Part shown: piece by piece, positions 24,676 through 24,977 of the stretch | Layout: the number at the start of each line of letters is the position of its first letter | How positions within the stretch are numbered: position 1 is the stretch's first letter | Source of the DNA: Bacteroidia bacterium | Lineage (GTDB): Bacteria > Bacteroidota > Bacteroidia > Bacteroidales > UBA5342 | Assembly (NCBI GenBank): GCA_030433225.1 | Contig: JAUIMD010000001.1 | Span: 1 to 24,977, forward strand | Direction: 5' to 3' | DNA length: 24,977 bases | Position numbers and translations under genes: made by a program | The notes under the pieces: generated by a model | The model's input: the letters and a program-made list of their open reading frames with translations, nothing else | Database searches by the model: none | What the model was told of the DNA's origin: nothing

Positions 24676-24977
24676 ATGAATGCAACACCCATAAAAGTAA
24701 TTGTAACCGGAGCAACTGGCATGGTTGGCAAAGGGGTGCTGTTAGAATGCCTGGCGCATGAACGCGTATCAGAAGTACTCTCCATTTCAAGGAGAAGCCT
24801 ACACCTGCAACACCCCATACTTAAAGAACTGCTGCACGAAGATTTTTCCGAATTCGATAGCATTAAACAACACCTGGAAGGGTATGATGCCTGCTATGCC
24901 TGTATGGGGGTAAGTTCGGCTGGCATGAAAGAAGCAGCCTACACCCGACTCACCTACGATTTTACCCTTTCACTGGC
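24676..24977 (+). CDS. NAD(P)-binding atypical SDR / NAD-dependent epimerase-dehydratase family, N-terminal part (runs off the right edge; missing from ORF track)
   Basis: Translated by hand: MNATPIKVIVTGATGMVGKGVLLECLAHERVSEVLSISRR...YDACYACMGVSSAGMKEAAYTRLTYDFTLSL; Rossmann TGATGMVG motif. Confidence 0.88.
   Translation, partial: MNATPIKVIVTGATGMVGKGVLLECLAHERVSEVLSISRRSLHLQHPILKELLHEDFSEFDSIKQHLEGYDACYACMGVSSAGMKEAAYTRLTYDFTLSL

Noticed and set aside
24459-24863. 134-aa and 62-aa minus-strand ORFs
   Set aside because: The longer one is antisense to the real plus-strand SDR gene starting at 24676; neither has a credible start or motifs.
1-24977. CRISPR array, IS element, integrase, rRNA, invertible promoter
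   Set aside because: No regularly spaced repeats, transposase or recombinase ORFs, rRNA-like sequence or long inverted repeats flanking a promoter were seen by eye.

Overview
Chromosomal segment of a Bacteroidota bacterium, probably Bacteroidales/Marinilabiliales-like; this is inferred from TAnnTTTG promoter elements, SusC/SusD genes and a Cur/BT4338-like regulator. Left 9.6 kb (minus strand): a polysaccharide-utilisation-type operon, 4xFAS1 fasciclin lipoprotein > SusC > SusD > 2xFAS1 fasciclin lipoprotein > a second, divergent SusC that runs off the window and is missing from the ORF track. A DUF4861 lipoprotein is transcribed divergently from it. The middle is mostly housekeeping: membrane Zn peptidase, Crp/Fnr (Cur-like) regulator, RluB-type pseudouridine synthase, two tandem type II glutamine synthetases, an unknown secreted protein and Xaa-Pro aminopeptidase. 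The right part holds a lacI-kduI-kduD operon with two LacI-type operators, an NSS transporter, a tRNA-Met(CAT) with an unusual ~100-nt leader, and a partial NAD(P)-binding SDR gene. I saw no IS, integrase, CRISPR array or rRNA. Most notable: the tandem GSII paralogs with opposite codon bias, the tRNA leader whose small ORF stops inside the tRNA, the fasciclin/double-SusC architecture, and a possible LacI regulon linking kduID to the PUL/DUF4861 promoter region.
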